Shown one piece after another: positions 9,948 to 18,534 of a DNA stretch of 44,450 bases. The stretch is taken from UHGV virus genome UHGV-0157893; one strand, written 5' to 3'. This stretch comes from a virus. A program made the translations under genes and the position numbers. How positions within the stretch are numbered: the stretch's first letter is position 1; the number at the start of each line of letters is the position of its first letter. Under the pieces are notes generated by a model that made no database searches, had not been told where the DNA came from, and worked only from the letters and a program-made list of their open reading frames with translations.

Positions 9948-10275
9948 TGTGTGGTTAAGTGGTAGCAAGGAGTGTTTCGGATTATTTGATAGCGAAGAAG
10001 TAGCCCTGGAAGAAGGCAGGATTCTTGAATGTAGTTTAGGCCATCCAGTGAAATATGCTGCTAATCCGGTACATATAGTTGATGAGGTGGAAGATATGAA
10101 CCCGAAAGATATTAATGGTAGCTTCACTGCTTATTATGCAGATTCTATGGACCAGTCTTGCCCTGGTGAAATACACGCAAAAGGTTTCCCGGCTGACGAT
10201 CCAGAAGCAAAACGCGAATACGAAAAAGCGGCGAAAGATTTCTGTATCGATAACCTTTCAGCATTCGATAAATAA
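9928..10275 (+). CDS. Hypothetical protein (moron cassette gene 2)
   Basis: ATG 9928 (MKKYSLDVW...), 115 aa, overlaps gene 1 out of frame (translational coupling). Confidence 0.55.
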   Translation: MKKYSLDVWLSGSKECFGLFDSEEVALEEGRILECSLGHPVKYAANPVHIVDEVEDMNPKDINGSFTAYYADSMDQSCPGEIHAKGFPADDPEAKREYEKAAKDFCIDNLSAFDK

Positions 10276-10284
10276 GGCGGCAAC

Positions 10285-10533
10285 ATGGGGCGGCGCAATC
10301 ACGGTGATTATGTGTACACGTTGAAACAGGCCGCCCGCCTCATCGGTTATCATGAACACGAATTTATTGATTTGCTGATTGAGCGCGGGATACTGTACCA
10401 GGTCTGTTTAACGCTGTACCCGAAAGCGAAATACCTACATGAAAAGTTATTCATCATCATGACGGATGAAAACCAGGTTAACCATTCATTCGTCACTGAT
10501 AAGGGCGTTAATTATCTGCGTGATAACTTATAG
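10285..10533 (+). CDS. Hypothetical protein with putative helix-turn-helix (moron cassette gene 3)
   Basis: ATG 10285 with AAGG RBS; YTLKQAARLIGYHEHEFIDLLIERGIL resembles excisionase/MerR-type HTH. Confidence 0.45.
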   Translation: MGRRNHGDYVYTLKQAARLIGYHEHEFIDLLIERGILYQVCLTLYPKAKYLHEKLFIIMTDENQVNHSFVTDKGVNYLRDNL

Positions 10534-10659
10534 GTGACTGATTATAAAAATAGAAGTTTTGGCGCTAATAATAATGTGGTTGATAGTATTTGGCGTTCAT
10601 GCTGTAGATCTGGACTGGAAAACGATAGCAGAAAATATAGCATTAATGGAAATAGAATA

Positions 10660-10695
10660 AAAATAACCCCGCTTCGCGCGGGGTCGTGTTTATAC
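10660..10695. terminator. Bidirectional terminator ending the plus-strand cassette and the M operon segment
   Basis: CCCCGC-ttcgc-GCGGGG hairpin at 10667-10683 flanked by A/T runs on both sides. Confidence 0.5.
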
Positions 10696-10887
10696 GCCAT
10701 CAACCAAAAATAAAACCTCCTTCCCTTCCCGGGATCTACACCCAACGTACCCATCACCAACGTCGTGAAGATACCATATATCGCCGTTGTCAGCTTTTAC
10801 AGTAAGGTCGTTGATCTCATAGTCGTCAAACAATGTAAAAGCGTAAGTTTTGTCAACTACACAAGTCCCGTACATAACAACCCCCAT
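10690..10887 (-). CDS. Hypothetical small protein translationally coupled to M
   Basis: ATG at 10887 shares a base with the M stop (TAATG); 65 aa. Confidence 0.4.
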   Translation of the reverse strand: MGVVMYGTCVVDKTYAFTLFDDYEINDLTVKADNGDIWYLHDVGDGYVGCRSREGKEVLFLVDGV

Positions 10888-11240
10888 TAGCCAACAACTT
10901 GCTCAAACGTTGCGTTTAGCGTGTACAAAGGCCCGTCTTTAGTCATGCTCCATTGCCGACAGACAAAAAGCCTTTGCACGTTATCCATTGACGGCGACCA
11001 GTAAAAAGCCTCGACCGCGCCGCGCGCCCTCAAGAATGCTTCCGCCTGGATTGCTACGTTTCCACCATCACCACATCCGGCGCTACTGCCTTTAAACACC
11101 AGGGTGTAGCTATCAAGCAATGGATTGATACCTTTTACCTGTCTTTGCTCATAACCATCGCCCAGCTTAACAACAGATACGTCTGGCTTCCTGGTCACGC
11201 TGTAGCTTCTTTGCGGCGTCCATCTGAACACTTCCGGCAT
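10887..11240 (-). CDS. M: Minor tail protein M
   Basis: ORF track starts at TTG 11255; ATG at 11240 after a G-rich RBS; VFRW, LGDGY and C-terminal FEQVV match lambda M. Confidence 0.75.
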   Translation of the reverse strand: MPEVFRWTPQRSYSVTRKPDVSVVKLGDGYEQRQVKGINPLLDSYTLVFKGSSAGCGDGGNVAIQAEAFLRARGAVEAFYWSPSMDNVQRLFVCRQWSMTKDGPLYTLNATFEQVVG

Positions 11241-11301
11241 AAAACCCCCCCACAAGTTACATTTTGTATATATCTTTACGCGCTTCTACGCGAAAAATAA
11301 G

Positions 11302-11318
11302 ATCATTGTCACAATGAT
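11302..11318. promoter_or_regulatory. Perfect 17-bp palindrome (operator-like) in divergent intergenic region
   Basis: ATCATTGT-c-ACAATGAT, next to a conserved 25-mer (11275-11299) and a TTTACAAAATGG motif (11328-11339). Confidence 0.4.
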
Positions 11319-11409
11319 TATAGCTAGTTTACAAAATGGCTTCACATAGCACGCAACAAGATGTATATAGAAAGCAAGAAGAAAGTAGTACCAACGAAGG
11401 AGGCCCAAA

Positions 11410-11565
11410 ATGAAACGCTATGTAGTAGTAATGCTAAATAACGCATTCGAACAAGTGGAAATAGCAATCGTTAAGGGTTTCGACGACGCATTCAAATACG
11501 GTCAATTCATGATGAATGCGAAAGAAGATGAATACCGGGACTTCTTCCTGAAGGCACTTAACTAA
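11410..11565 (+). CDS. Hypothetical small protein (51 aa; below ORF-track cutoff)
   Basis: ATG 11410 preceded by AAGGAGG; MKRYVVVMLNNAFEQVEIAIVKGFDDAFKYGQFMMNAKEDEYRDFFLKALN; stop 11563-11565. Confidence 0.5.
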   Translation: MKRYVVVMLNNAFEQVEIAIVKGFDDAFKYGQFMMNAKEDEYRDFFLKALN

Positions 11566-11582
11566 GGATGATGGGGTGAGTT

Positions 11583-11837
11583 ATGAAACTGGTAGCGATT
11601 GACAGAAATCTGAAAGCACAGAAAAACGCACAGGATCGGATCATCAAGAAAGGTAAGGAATTACTTAAAGCCTTTCTGAGAAAAGAAGTTTACCCCAAAA
11701 AGTTACGCGACGGTTACGGATACAAAATGGATATCAATCTTGATTGGAGGCTGTTTAGCGAAGATTTGAAGGTTTGGTTAATTGTTGAGCACCATGCCTA
11801 TAACAAGTTATGTGGCGTGAAAGGCACTCATAAGTGA
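11583..11837 (+). CDS. Hypothetical basic protein
   Basis: ATG 11583 with GGGGTGAG RBS; 84 aa, Lys-rich N-terminus; co-oriented with the preceding small gene. Confidence 0.5.
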   Translation: MKLVAIDRNLKAQKNAQDRIIKKGKELLKAFLRKEVYPKKLRDGYGYKMDINLDWRLFSEDLKVWLIVEHHAYNKLCGVKGTHK

Positions 11838-11894
11838 GTCGAGATATTCGAAAGGGGATATATCGCGCGGAATGGTCGTTTATAAATACGAAAA

Positions 11895-11928
11895 ATAACC
11901 CCGGCATTGCACCGGGGTTTAGTTTATT
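11895..11928. terminator. Bidirectional terminator
   Basis: CCCCGG-cattgca-CCGGGG hairpin (11899-11917) with a T-run after it on plus and an A-run before it; ends the plus-strand cassette and the tape-measure gene. Confidence 0.6.
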
Positions 11929-14266
11929 TGCGGCGAGGTTGCAACATTCCGCCTGGTCTTTGAGATTCCCTTGTTATCATTTTCATGGCTACACGTTCCA
12001 TTGTTAATTCAAGTCTGCGGCTGTCTTCGTCGCTGAATCCGTTCGTGGTCTGAATGCTGATACTGACAGGCATACTAATACCGCCACCGCCGCCAATATC
12101 ACGGCCCGGAATAACTCTGCCGTTCTCGCCAGGGATCATATATTGATTGCCGTTAGATGTCTGGAATAGCTCCGGCCTGTTGTGTTCCCCTACGCGGTAC
12201 ATATTACCACCAATGACGCTACCACCATTAAAGCGACCGCCGCCGAAAATTGACGTAGCCAGCGACATGATCGCAGTGAGCGCCGCCGAACCAGCCGCCG
12301 CCCAGCTACCGCCAGTTGACGCCGCAGTTGCCGCCGCTGCTGGGGCCGCCGCCGCAGCAATGCTTCCCTGAGCTGCTACCGCGCTTGCTGTTGTACTTGT
12401 TTGCGTGGCCTTGCTTTGTGTCTCCATCATGATCTGATCTGCTATCCAGTTTGCAGCTATGTCTGAGAGTCTGTTACCGATATTGCCGAGTATATTGCTT
12501 CCTAAGTTAGCAAAAACATCACTCAATGATTGAGTGCCGTTTAACAGGCCAACAAGCGCATTACTCATTCCGCCTTTAAGGCCATTAACACAATCACCGA
12601 TAAGGCCGTTTGTGTCGCTTTGCGCCTGCCATTGTTCCCATTTCAGATCGCGGATCTGTTGCTCATAGGCTAACAATTCCTGTTTCTGTTGCGCTTCAGT
12701 AGCGCCCAGGTCTATAAGCATTTGCTTACGGATGGCCCATTCATTTTGCGCCTGCTGGATGGGGTCAACTTCGCCTTTTAGCTGATCCATCGGGCTTACT
12801 ATTTGTGACCATTTATCACGCAATTCATCTACCGGAATTTGTGCTAATTCTTCTTTCAGTTCCTTGCCGATCCCTTTTTGCGCGGCGCGGTACTCAAGGA
12901 GCGTGATTTTACCCTGGGCAAATGCAGCATCAATGGCCTTGCCGTTCTCCAACGCTTTGCGCATGGCGGCGGCGTCTTTGTTGTACTGATCAGAAACGCT
13001 TATACCTTTGTCACCAAGCCGATCAGCTTCCGATTTCTTCTCTTTTTTCTGTTTTTTCGGCTTGTCTACTGGCTTGTCGAATCCGGTAATCGCTCCGTCA
13101 TTGGCAGCATTCTGTTCATTTTTCCTTGCTTCTTCTGTAGCCTGGATTGCTGCGGTCAGATCATCCTGTAGTTGCATGACCTTGCCAACGGTCTTCCCGT
13201 ATTTCTTCTCGTAGTTGCTGTTATATTCGTCGGTTTGCTCTCCTACTACCTCCTTCATCCATTTATAGCCATCCATTAGCGCCTTGATTGGCGTCACCAT
13301 TGCGATGATCTTCTCTGCCACCTCTCCAGCCTTAACAGCCACATCATCAAACATGTCGATAAATTCGCTACCAGCCGTTTTGAGTGTGTCGAAGCAGGTT
13401 TTAGCGAATTTAGCGCCATCGCCAAGCCCTTTAACGCCTTTCGTGATCAAGTCGATAGCTGAAACAACGCCATCTGACACGCCAAAAAGATCATCCAACT
13501 GCTCAACAAGGCCCATAATTTCTACTTTAAGCTCATTGATAGCCATGCCGGATGTGCGCGGCAACTGAGCAAACTTATCGTTTGTTTCCTGCGTAGCCGC
13601 CTGTATTGCGTTAACCATCCTTTCAGCCGTGATCTTGCCGTCCAGCATTTCGGCGCGGAACTGGCCCATTGATAATCCCATATGGCGGGCCATTGTTTGT
13701 ACGATGGTCGGCGTATTTTCAAGCAGGCTGTTAAATTCTTCGGCACGAAGAACACCGCCGTCGATAGACTGACGGAATTGACGCATTGAGTTAGACATCT
13801 GTTCCGCTGACGCGCCGCCTAATGCACCCATTTTCTGAATAGTGCCAACCAGGTTAAGCAATTGCCCTTCCGTAGCGGAGGTGTTTTTTAGTGAGATAGC
13901 CAGGCCTTGCCATAATTCGCCAGTATCTTTCAGGCTCTGCCCCGTCTCCCTGGATATTGCTTTCAGGCCGTCGAAAACCCGTCCGGCGGACTCCGCATCG
14001 CCCGTAAGCATTTTGATTTTTACGCGAAGCATTTTTGCTTGCTCCGCCATATCCATAAATTGGCGCACAGCCTCCGCAGCAATTAGCAGATGGATAACCC
14101 TGGTCAGTGCCTTGATGGATGTTTTCAGGGTGTTTACCTGGCGGTCAGCCTGTTTTGCGCCGCGCTCTATACGATCAAAGGCCTGGTCTGCCTGTCGTTG
14201 TGCAACGAGAAGTTGACCAGTTTTCGCATCAACTTCGTAATAAATTGTACCTACACTGGTAGCCAT
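11924..14266 (-). CDS. H: Tail tape measure protein
   Basis: 780 aa; ATG 14266 with GAGGT RBS; helical Ala/Gln-rich body; glycine-rich C-terminus; sits between tail chaperone and M. Confidence 0.85.
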   Translation of the reverse strand: MATSVGTIYYEVDAKTGQLLVAQRQADQAFDRIERGAKQADRQVNTLKTSIKALTRVIHLLIAAEAVRQFMDMAEQAKMLRVKIKMLTGDAESAGRVFDGLKAISRETGQSLKDTGELWQGLAISLKNTSATEGQLLNLVGTIQKMGALGGASAEQMSNSMRQFRQSIDGGVLRAEEFNSLLENTPTIVQTMARHMGLSMGQFRAEMLDGKITAERMVNAIQAATQETNDKFAQLPRTSGMAINELKVEIMGLVEQLDDLFGVSDGVVSAIDLITKGVKGLGDGAKFAKTCFDTLKTAGSEFIDMFDDVAVKAGEVAEKIIAMVTPIKALMDGYKWMKEVVGEQTDEYNSNYEKKYGKTVGKVMQLQDDLTAAIQATEEARKNEQNAANDGAITGFDKPVDKPKKQKKEKKSEADRLGDKGISVSDQYNKDAAAMRKALENGKAIDAAFAQGKITLLEYRAAQKGIGKELKEELAQIPVDELRDKWSQIVSPMDQLKGEVDPIQQAQNEWAIRKQMLIDLGATEAQQKQELLAYEQQIRDLKWEQWQAQSDTNGLIGDCVNGLKGGMSNALVGLLNGTQSLSDVFANLGSNILGNIGNRLSDIAANWIADQIMMETQSKATQTSTTASAVAAQGSIAAAAAPAAAATAASTGGSWAAAGSAALTAIMSLATSIFGGGRFNGGSVIGGNMYRVGEHNRPELFQTSNGNQYMIPGENGRVIPGRDIGGGGGISMPVSISIQTTNGFSDEDSRRLELTMERVAMKMITRESQRPGGMLQPRRK

Positions 14267-14393
14267 GATTTAACCTCATGCAAAAATGTGATCTGTGTAT
14301 CTATTTTATACAAAATGGCTTTACTTCAATGACTCCATTTTGTATAAGGAAGCTAAAGGGAATGGTCAGTAAATCAAGTTAGCGTGGTGGGTT

Positions 14394-15053
14394 ATGAAAC
14401 GGTTAGCAAAAGTGGCAATGATTGCGGCGGTATTGGGTCTGGTTGGTTGCAATGAGGATAATGAAAAAGCGCCTATAGTGACCAATCAAGAGCAACAAGC
14501 ATTAGCAGAGAAAAATGCTAAATGGCTTGCAGAACAACAAGCAAAACAAGCCGCATACGATGCACAGTTAGAAAAAGAAAATGCTGGTAAACAGTGGCTT
14601 GTAGTTGAAAGAAAAGATGATATGCAGGACGCAAAAAACGTATTCCTTTTTGTGAAAGCAGAACAATTCAGCGGAAGTCTTGATGCTTTCCCGACACTGA
14701 AGGCACAGGATAAGAATAAACCGGTATTAACAATCGCTTGCCAGGGTAATAAAACAAAAATGTTCGTAGCATGGTCACACCATGTAACTGACGCCGGGGA
14801 CACTACTTATATTAACTACCGGATCGGCGTTCACAAAGCTGTAGCTACTGAGTGGTGGCGGTCAACTAATTATAAAGCTCTTGGATTATGGGACGGCAAA
14901 AAAGCCATCCCAATGATTAAAAAACTGGTTAACGAAAAACAATTCATCATTGAAGTAGTGCCGGAAGCTGGCGACATTGAGAAAGCAGTGTTTAACATTG
15001 ATGGTCTTTATAACCACATCGACAAAGTGAAAAACGCTTGCAACTGGAATTAA
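14394..15053 (+). CDS. Lipoprotein (moron; candidate superinfection-exclusion or envelope factor)
   Basis: ATG 14394 with GGTGG RBS; signal peptide with lipobox LVGC; 219 aa; plus-strand island in the tail module. Confidence 0.6.
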   Translation: MKRLAKVAMIAAVLGLVGCNEDNEKAPIVTNQEQQALAEKNAKWLAEQQAKQAAYDAQLEKENAGKQWLVVERKDDMQDAKNVFLFVKAEQFSGSLDAFPTLKAQDKNKPVLTIACQGNKTKMFVAWSHHVTDAGDTTYINYRIGVHKAVATEWWRSTNYKALGLWDGKKAIPMIKKLVNEKQFIIEVVPEAGDIEKAVFNIDGLYNHIDKVKNACNWN

Positions 15054-15063
15054 GGGGTAAATC

Positions 15064-15438
15064 ATGAAAAAAATAATCAAAGCGGTTCTCATTGGTGTTA
15101 TGGCTTTAGCTCTTACAGGGTGCGCAAGATCAACTGATTTCGTTAAGTTAGCTGATAAAAATTTGCAAGTTGGAATGACTTGTGAGCAAGTGAATAAAAT
15201 AATGGGGGAACCACAAAGAATCGAGCATGACGGTAATTATAGTTATCACGTATGGTATTCAGTAACCAGCACGATAGGATTTACTTACATGGATGTTGAA
15301 GAATTATCCCCTTCAAGGGTTATCGCAAAGTTTGATAACTGCATCCTAAAAGAATGGAAAGATCGCAGTAAGGCAAAGTCTGTATACAATACAATCACAC
15401 ACAGTTCACCAGGTACAGCAATTAAAGATTTCAATTAG
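15064..15438 (+). CDS. Lipoprotein with BamE/SmpA-OmlA-like motif
   Basis: ATG 15064; lipobox LTGC; LQVGMTCEQVNKIMGEP resembles the BamE fold signature; 124 aa. Confidence 0.55.
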   Translation: MKKIIKAVLIGVMALALTGCARSTDFVKLADKNLQVGMTCEQVNKIMGEPQRIEHDGNYSYHVWYSVTSTIGFTYMDVEELSPSRVIAKFDNCILKEWKDRSKAKSVYNTITHSSPGTAIKDFN

Positions 15439-16129
15439 CAAAACGCCCGGATCTACCGGGCTTTTCTTGCTCACGATTTTTCATTCTTTCTAGTGCCTTT
15501 TTAGCGGCCTCCATTTGCTCGTCATAAGCACGTTTATTTATGTGAATGTTTGGCTTACTTTTCTCGTTTCTTTCGTCTGGCGGCGTTTTAGCGCGTACAG
15601 CGGCCCTATATCCGGTCATTGTCATATTCCATGCTTCCGATTCTGACAAGCCCAGGTGAGCAACGGCAGAATAGACGAATTCAAGGACGTTAAAAGTCGG
15701 CTTATATTCCCCTTCCGGGATTTCCCCGGACTCTTCTTCCGGGCCATCACCAATAAGACCGTGGTACATGCAGTGCTGCGCAAGCGTGATGATATCCTCG
15801 ATCGGCATTAATCCGGGCTTTAACTTTAACTTACCCGAAGGAGTAAACCAGCATTCGCCCAATAACGGGCCTATTTCGTCGTCTGAGCAACATTTCAGGA
15901 TGTGCATTGATGTCTGAACTATTTCACCATAACACCGCGCCAGAATGCGATTGCGTAGGTCTGGATCTGCTGGCAATCGTGATGGATATTTGCCGCCGTG
16001 GATAAGTGCGAAATATTCGACAAGCTCACTATCGTTGCCGATTTTAGCCATCGCAGCAAAGCAAGGATTAAACTCATAGCGCTTACCGTTCACCACGGCA
16101 GCAAATTGTCCTGTACGAACATGGATCAT
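15431..16129 (-). CDS. Putative tail assembly chaperone
   Basis: ORF track start at 16138 is GTG; ATG at 16129 with AAGGTGA RBS; position between major tail protein and tape measure; acidic C-terminal region. Confidence 0.45.
   Translation of the reverse strand: MIHVRTGQFAAVVNGKRYEFNPCFAAMAKIGNDSELVEYFALIHGGKYPSRLPADPDLRNRILARCYGEIVQTSMHILKCCSDDEIGPLLGECWFTPSGKLKLKPGLMPIEDIITLAQHCMYHGLIGDGPEEESGEIPEGEYKPTFNVLEFVYSAVAHLGLSESEAWNMTMTGYRAAVRAKTPPDERNEKSKPNIHINKRAYDEQMEAAKKALERMKNREQEKPGRSGRFAN
15445..15468 (+). terminator. Rho-independent terminator after the lipoprotein pair
   Basis: gcccgg-atcta-ccgggc followed by ttttctt. Confidence 0.6.
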
Positions 16130-16184
16130 AGTATTCACCTTAAAAGAAAAGGGGCCAAATGGCCCCGATTGTTAATATTGGCTG

Positions 16185-16661
16185 TTATGCTGGCGGAACG
16201 TCGCCTACCGTTACCTTGCCAGCGCTTTCGCACTCAATAGACCAGGTGGAAACATCATCATGCGGATCTTCTTCTTTAAAGGAAGTGCAAAGGAATGGGC
16301 CTTCAGTTACGTCTACAGGAGAAACGATCTTCAGCCATACATAAGGTTGTGATCCGGTGGTTTCACCTGGCGTAATTACGTGGCGTTTCAGTGCTTTCTG
16401 ATTATGGATTTCTTCAGTGCGGGACACACCGTCGCCGGAGAAAGAAACGGATTTGTAAGTAACCATTGATTCTTTCGTGTAATCGGCTGATTTATCGGCG
16501 GTGGCGTCAGCGGTTTCCCATTCAACGGAAAGTGTTTTACCACGCATCATGCCTAACGCTTTGTACGCTTCAGCTTCCGGCTTCGCATTTGGACAAGCGA
16601 TAGCGAAGAATACAGCAACGTCACGGCCTGTAAACGTGCCTTTTTCGCAAGTCTGAGACAT
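16185..16661 (-). CDS. Major tail (tube) protein
   Basis: ATG 16661 with GAGGT RBS; 158 aa; position and size typical of siphovirus tube protein. Confidence 0.6.
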   Translation of the reverse strand: MSQTCEKGTFTGRDVAVFFAIACPNAKPEAEAYKALGMMRGKTLSVEWETADATADKSADYTKESMVTYKSVSFSGDGVSRTEEIHNQKALKRHVITPGETTGSQPYVWLKIVSPVDVTEGPFLCTSFKEEDPHDDVSTWSIECESAGKVTVGDVPPA

Positions 16662-16674
16662 GTTTAGTTACCTC

Positions 16675-17061
16675 TTATCTGGATATTATGGTTTGAAAAG
16701 CTACGGTAAAAATAAAGCGCCCTTCTCTCGTCTGCATTGCGGGAATAGCGCCAACTGGCTTCATGTGTGTAATTTTATCAGTTTTATACTCGGTTATCAT
16801 ACTTTGACGTATTGCGTCGGCGAGGTCTTCCACTTCACTAATATTTGCATCGTTACGCGCTGAAATAACCAGGATGCGAAAATAGTCACGGGTTATCGCC
16901 TCTTCTCCCGCCGCGCCGCCGTTTTGCTGTATGACAATGTATCTGTCTTTATTAGAATTGGATCTCTCATTCCAGAAACGGGCCTGCAAAATATAACCTT
17001 CGTCGTACCCGTGGGACTTAATCCAATCCCTTATTTCATCGTATACTTCGCTGCGTTTCAT
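16675..17061 (-). CDS. Tail terminator / tail completion-like protein
   Basis: ATG 17061; 128 aa; position between neck genes and tube gene. Confidence 0.45.
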   Translation of the reverse strand: MKRSEVYDEIRDWIKSHGYDEGYILQARFWNERSNSNKDRYIVIQQNGGAAGEEAITRDYFRILVISARNDANISEVEDLADAIRQSMITEYKTDKITHMKPVGAIPAMQTREGRFIFTVAFQTIISR

Positions 17062-17531
17062 GATTGTTTCGTCCAGTACCCAAGTTTAATCGTGTTCCAG
17101 ATCTCATTAAAATTATCTGGTTCCTCGAACGCCTTGCGCAAAAATTCAGGTTCAGCGTTTGGATCCCAGTAGTAACCCTTACCAGTACCGCCGCCGAACT
17201 CAACTACCTGTTTCGGGCCGAAATCTGAAAGGTTATTGGTTTTCCCGAAATGCTCGCGAGGCTGTCCCATTAATGTCCCTGGCATGTCATGCACCCATTC
17301 AGCATAGCGGGCGGTATATCCAACCCTGAGGCAAAGGCCGTTGCCGTTTTTCTCGACAGTCTGGTACATGCTGTTAATTAAAAAACCCGTATCAACTGGC
17401 GTCATTCCAGATGCAAGGCCGGACGCGACATTGCCAACAATCCATAGCACTTCATAAGTCTTTTTGTCTGCTATATTCCTGATTTCTTCCGTCATTTTCA
17501 TACGGACACGTCTGACGCCTTTCAGTGGCAT
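17058..17531 (-). CDS. Head-tail joining protein (HK97 gp10-like position)
   Basis: ATG 17531 with AGGAGG RBS; 157 aa; 4-bp overlap with next gene. Confidence 0.45.
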   Translation of the reverse strand: MPLKGVRRVRMKMTEEIRNIADKKTYEVLWIVGNVASGLASGMTPVDTGFLINSMYQTVEKNGNGLCLRVGYTARYAEWVHDMPGTLMGQPREHFGKTNNLSDFGPKQVVEFGGGTGKGYYWDPNAEPEFLRKAFEEPDNFNEIWNTIKLGYWTKQS

Positions 17532-17533
17532 GA

Positions 17534-17908
17534 TTAACCTCCTGTGACGATCTTATAATCCGGAGTGTCGTTAAACATACTCATGTCCCATTCAACGATC
17601 CCGGTTATAAAATTGGCTCCAGCCGCCAGAGGGTCAGCAATAGCGGTAGTGTCGCCAGTAGCAAGCATCCACCCTTTTTCCGGGCGCTGCACTGGCTGCA
17701 TTTTGTAAAGCAGTTCGGTATATACGGTTATTGTGTTGCTAATCTCATTCCCGTTTGCGTCTGTTGCGGTTCCGTCAGTGCGTTCCCATGCACAATCAAT
17801 CAGGTATGGCGTTCCGTATACGTCGGAGTTTGTCCAGTCGTCACGCGTCACTGGGTAAATGGTGGCCAACGCTTTGTAGCTGAATCTCGCGATCTTACTC
17901 ATAGCCAT
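17534..17908 (-). CDS. Head closure / head-tail adaptor protein
   Basis: ATG 17908 with GGAG RBS; 124 aa. Confidence 0.45.
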   Translation of the reverse strand: MAMSKIARFSYKALATIYPVTRDDWTNSDVYGTPYLIDCAWERTDGTATDANGNEISNTITVYTELLYKMQPVQRPEKGWMLATGDTTAIADPLAAGANFITGIVEWDMSMFNDTPDYKIVTGG

Positions 17909-18080
17909 AGCTCCATTTAACGATTTTCGGATGGGTTTTAGCTACGTGCGGGCAAAGAATTACCCATTCACCAGCATCATTGAGGTAGGCTGCCACCTGT
18001 CGCCCGGTGTCTGTCTTCACCCACACGCGGGTAAACAGTTTCGGCAATAGCGGATCCGGTAATGTCAGGTCGTTCCACAT
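17895..18080 (-). CDS. Hypothetical small protein
   Basis: ATG 18080 with GGGAGGA RBS; 61 aa. Confidence 0.45.
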   Translation of the reverse strand: MWNDLTLPDPLLPKLFTRVWVKTDTGRQVAAYLNDAGEWVILCPHVAKTHPKIVKWSYGYE

Positions 18081-18082
18081 TG

Positions 18083-18469
18083 TTACATCCTCCCGCTTTT
18101 ACCTATCCACAGTCCGGCGTGCGCGGTGTTTTCTGGATCTGCTGGAATTAGTTCGGCTGTACAGTGATGTTTATCAAGTGAGTAAAGCAACGAATAGGCC
18201 GCCTTCCATCGTTTGTTGAAATCGACATAGCGGTATGACTGGCTTGCACCGTTCGGACCCGTCTGCGATGAGACGTATTTATCAGCCTGGCTGAGTCCTA
18301 ACAGTCCAATCAGATAAAGCTGAATCAATGTTGCAGTGGAGGCCGGATAGTTGGCATCAAGGCATTCATTAACGCTATTTGCCTGCTCCACCAGCAAAGA
18401 TAAGATAATGTCTGGCAGGTCAATACCCTGGCTTTCAAGATATTCCCGCGCCTGTTCTGTAGTGACCAT
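18083..18469 (-). CDS. Head-tail connector (gp6-like)
   Basis: ORF-track frame trimmed to ATG 18469 with GGAG RBS; 128 aa; just downstream of capsid gene. Confidence 0.5.
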   Translation of the reverse strand: MVTTEQAREYLESQGIDLPDIILSLLVEQANSVNECLDANYPASTATLIQLYLIGLLGLSQADKYVSSQTGPNGASQSYRYVDFNKRWKAAYSLLYSLDKHHCTAELIPADPENTAHAGLWIGKSGRM

Positions 18470-18534
18470 TTTGTTTTCTCCACATACAAAAAAAATCCCC
18501 GGCATCGCGCCGGGGAGTTACAGAAACACATCAA

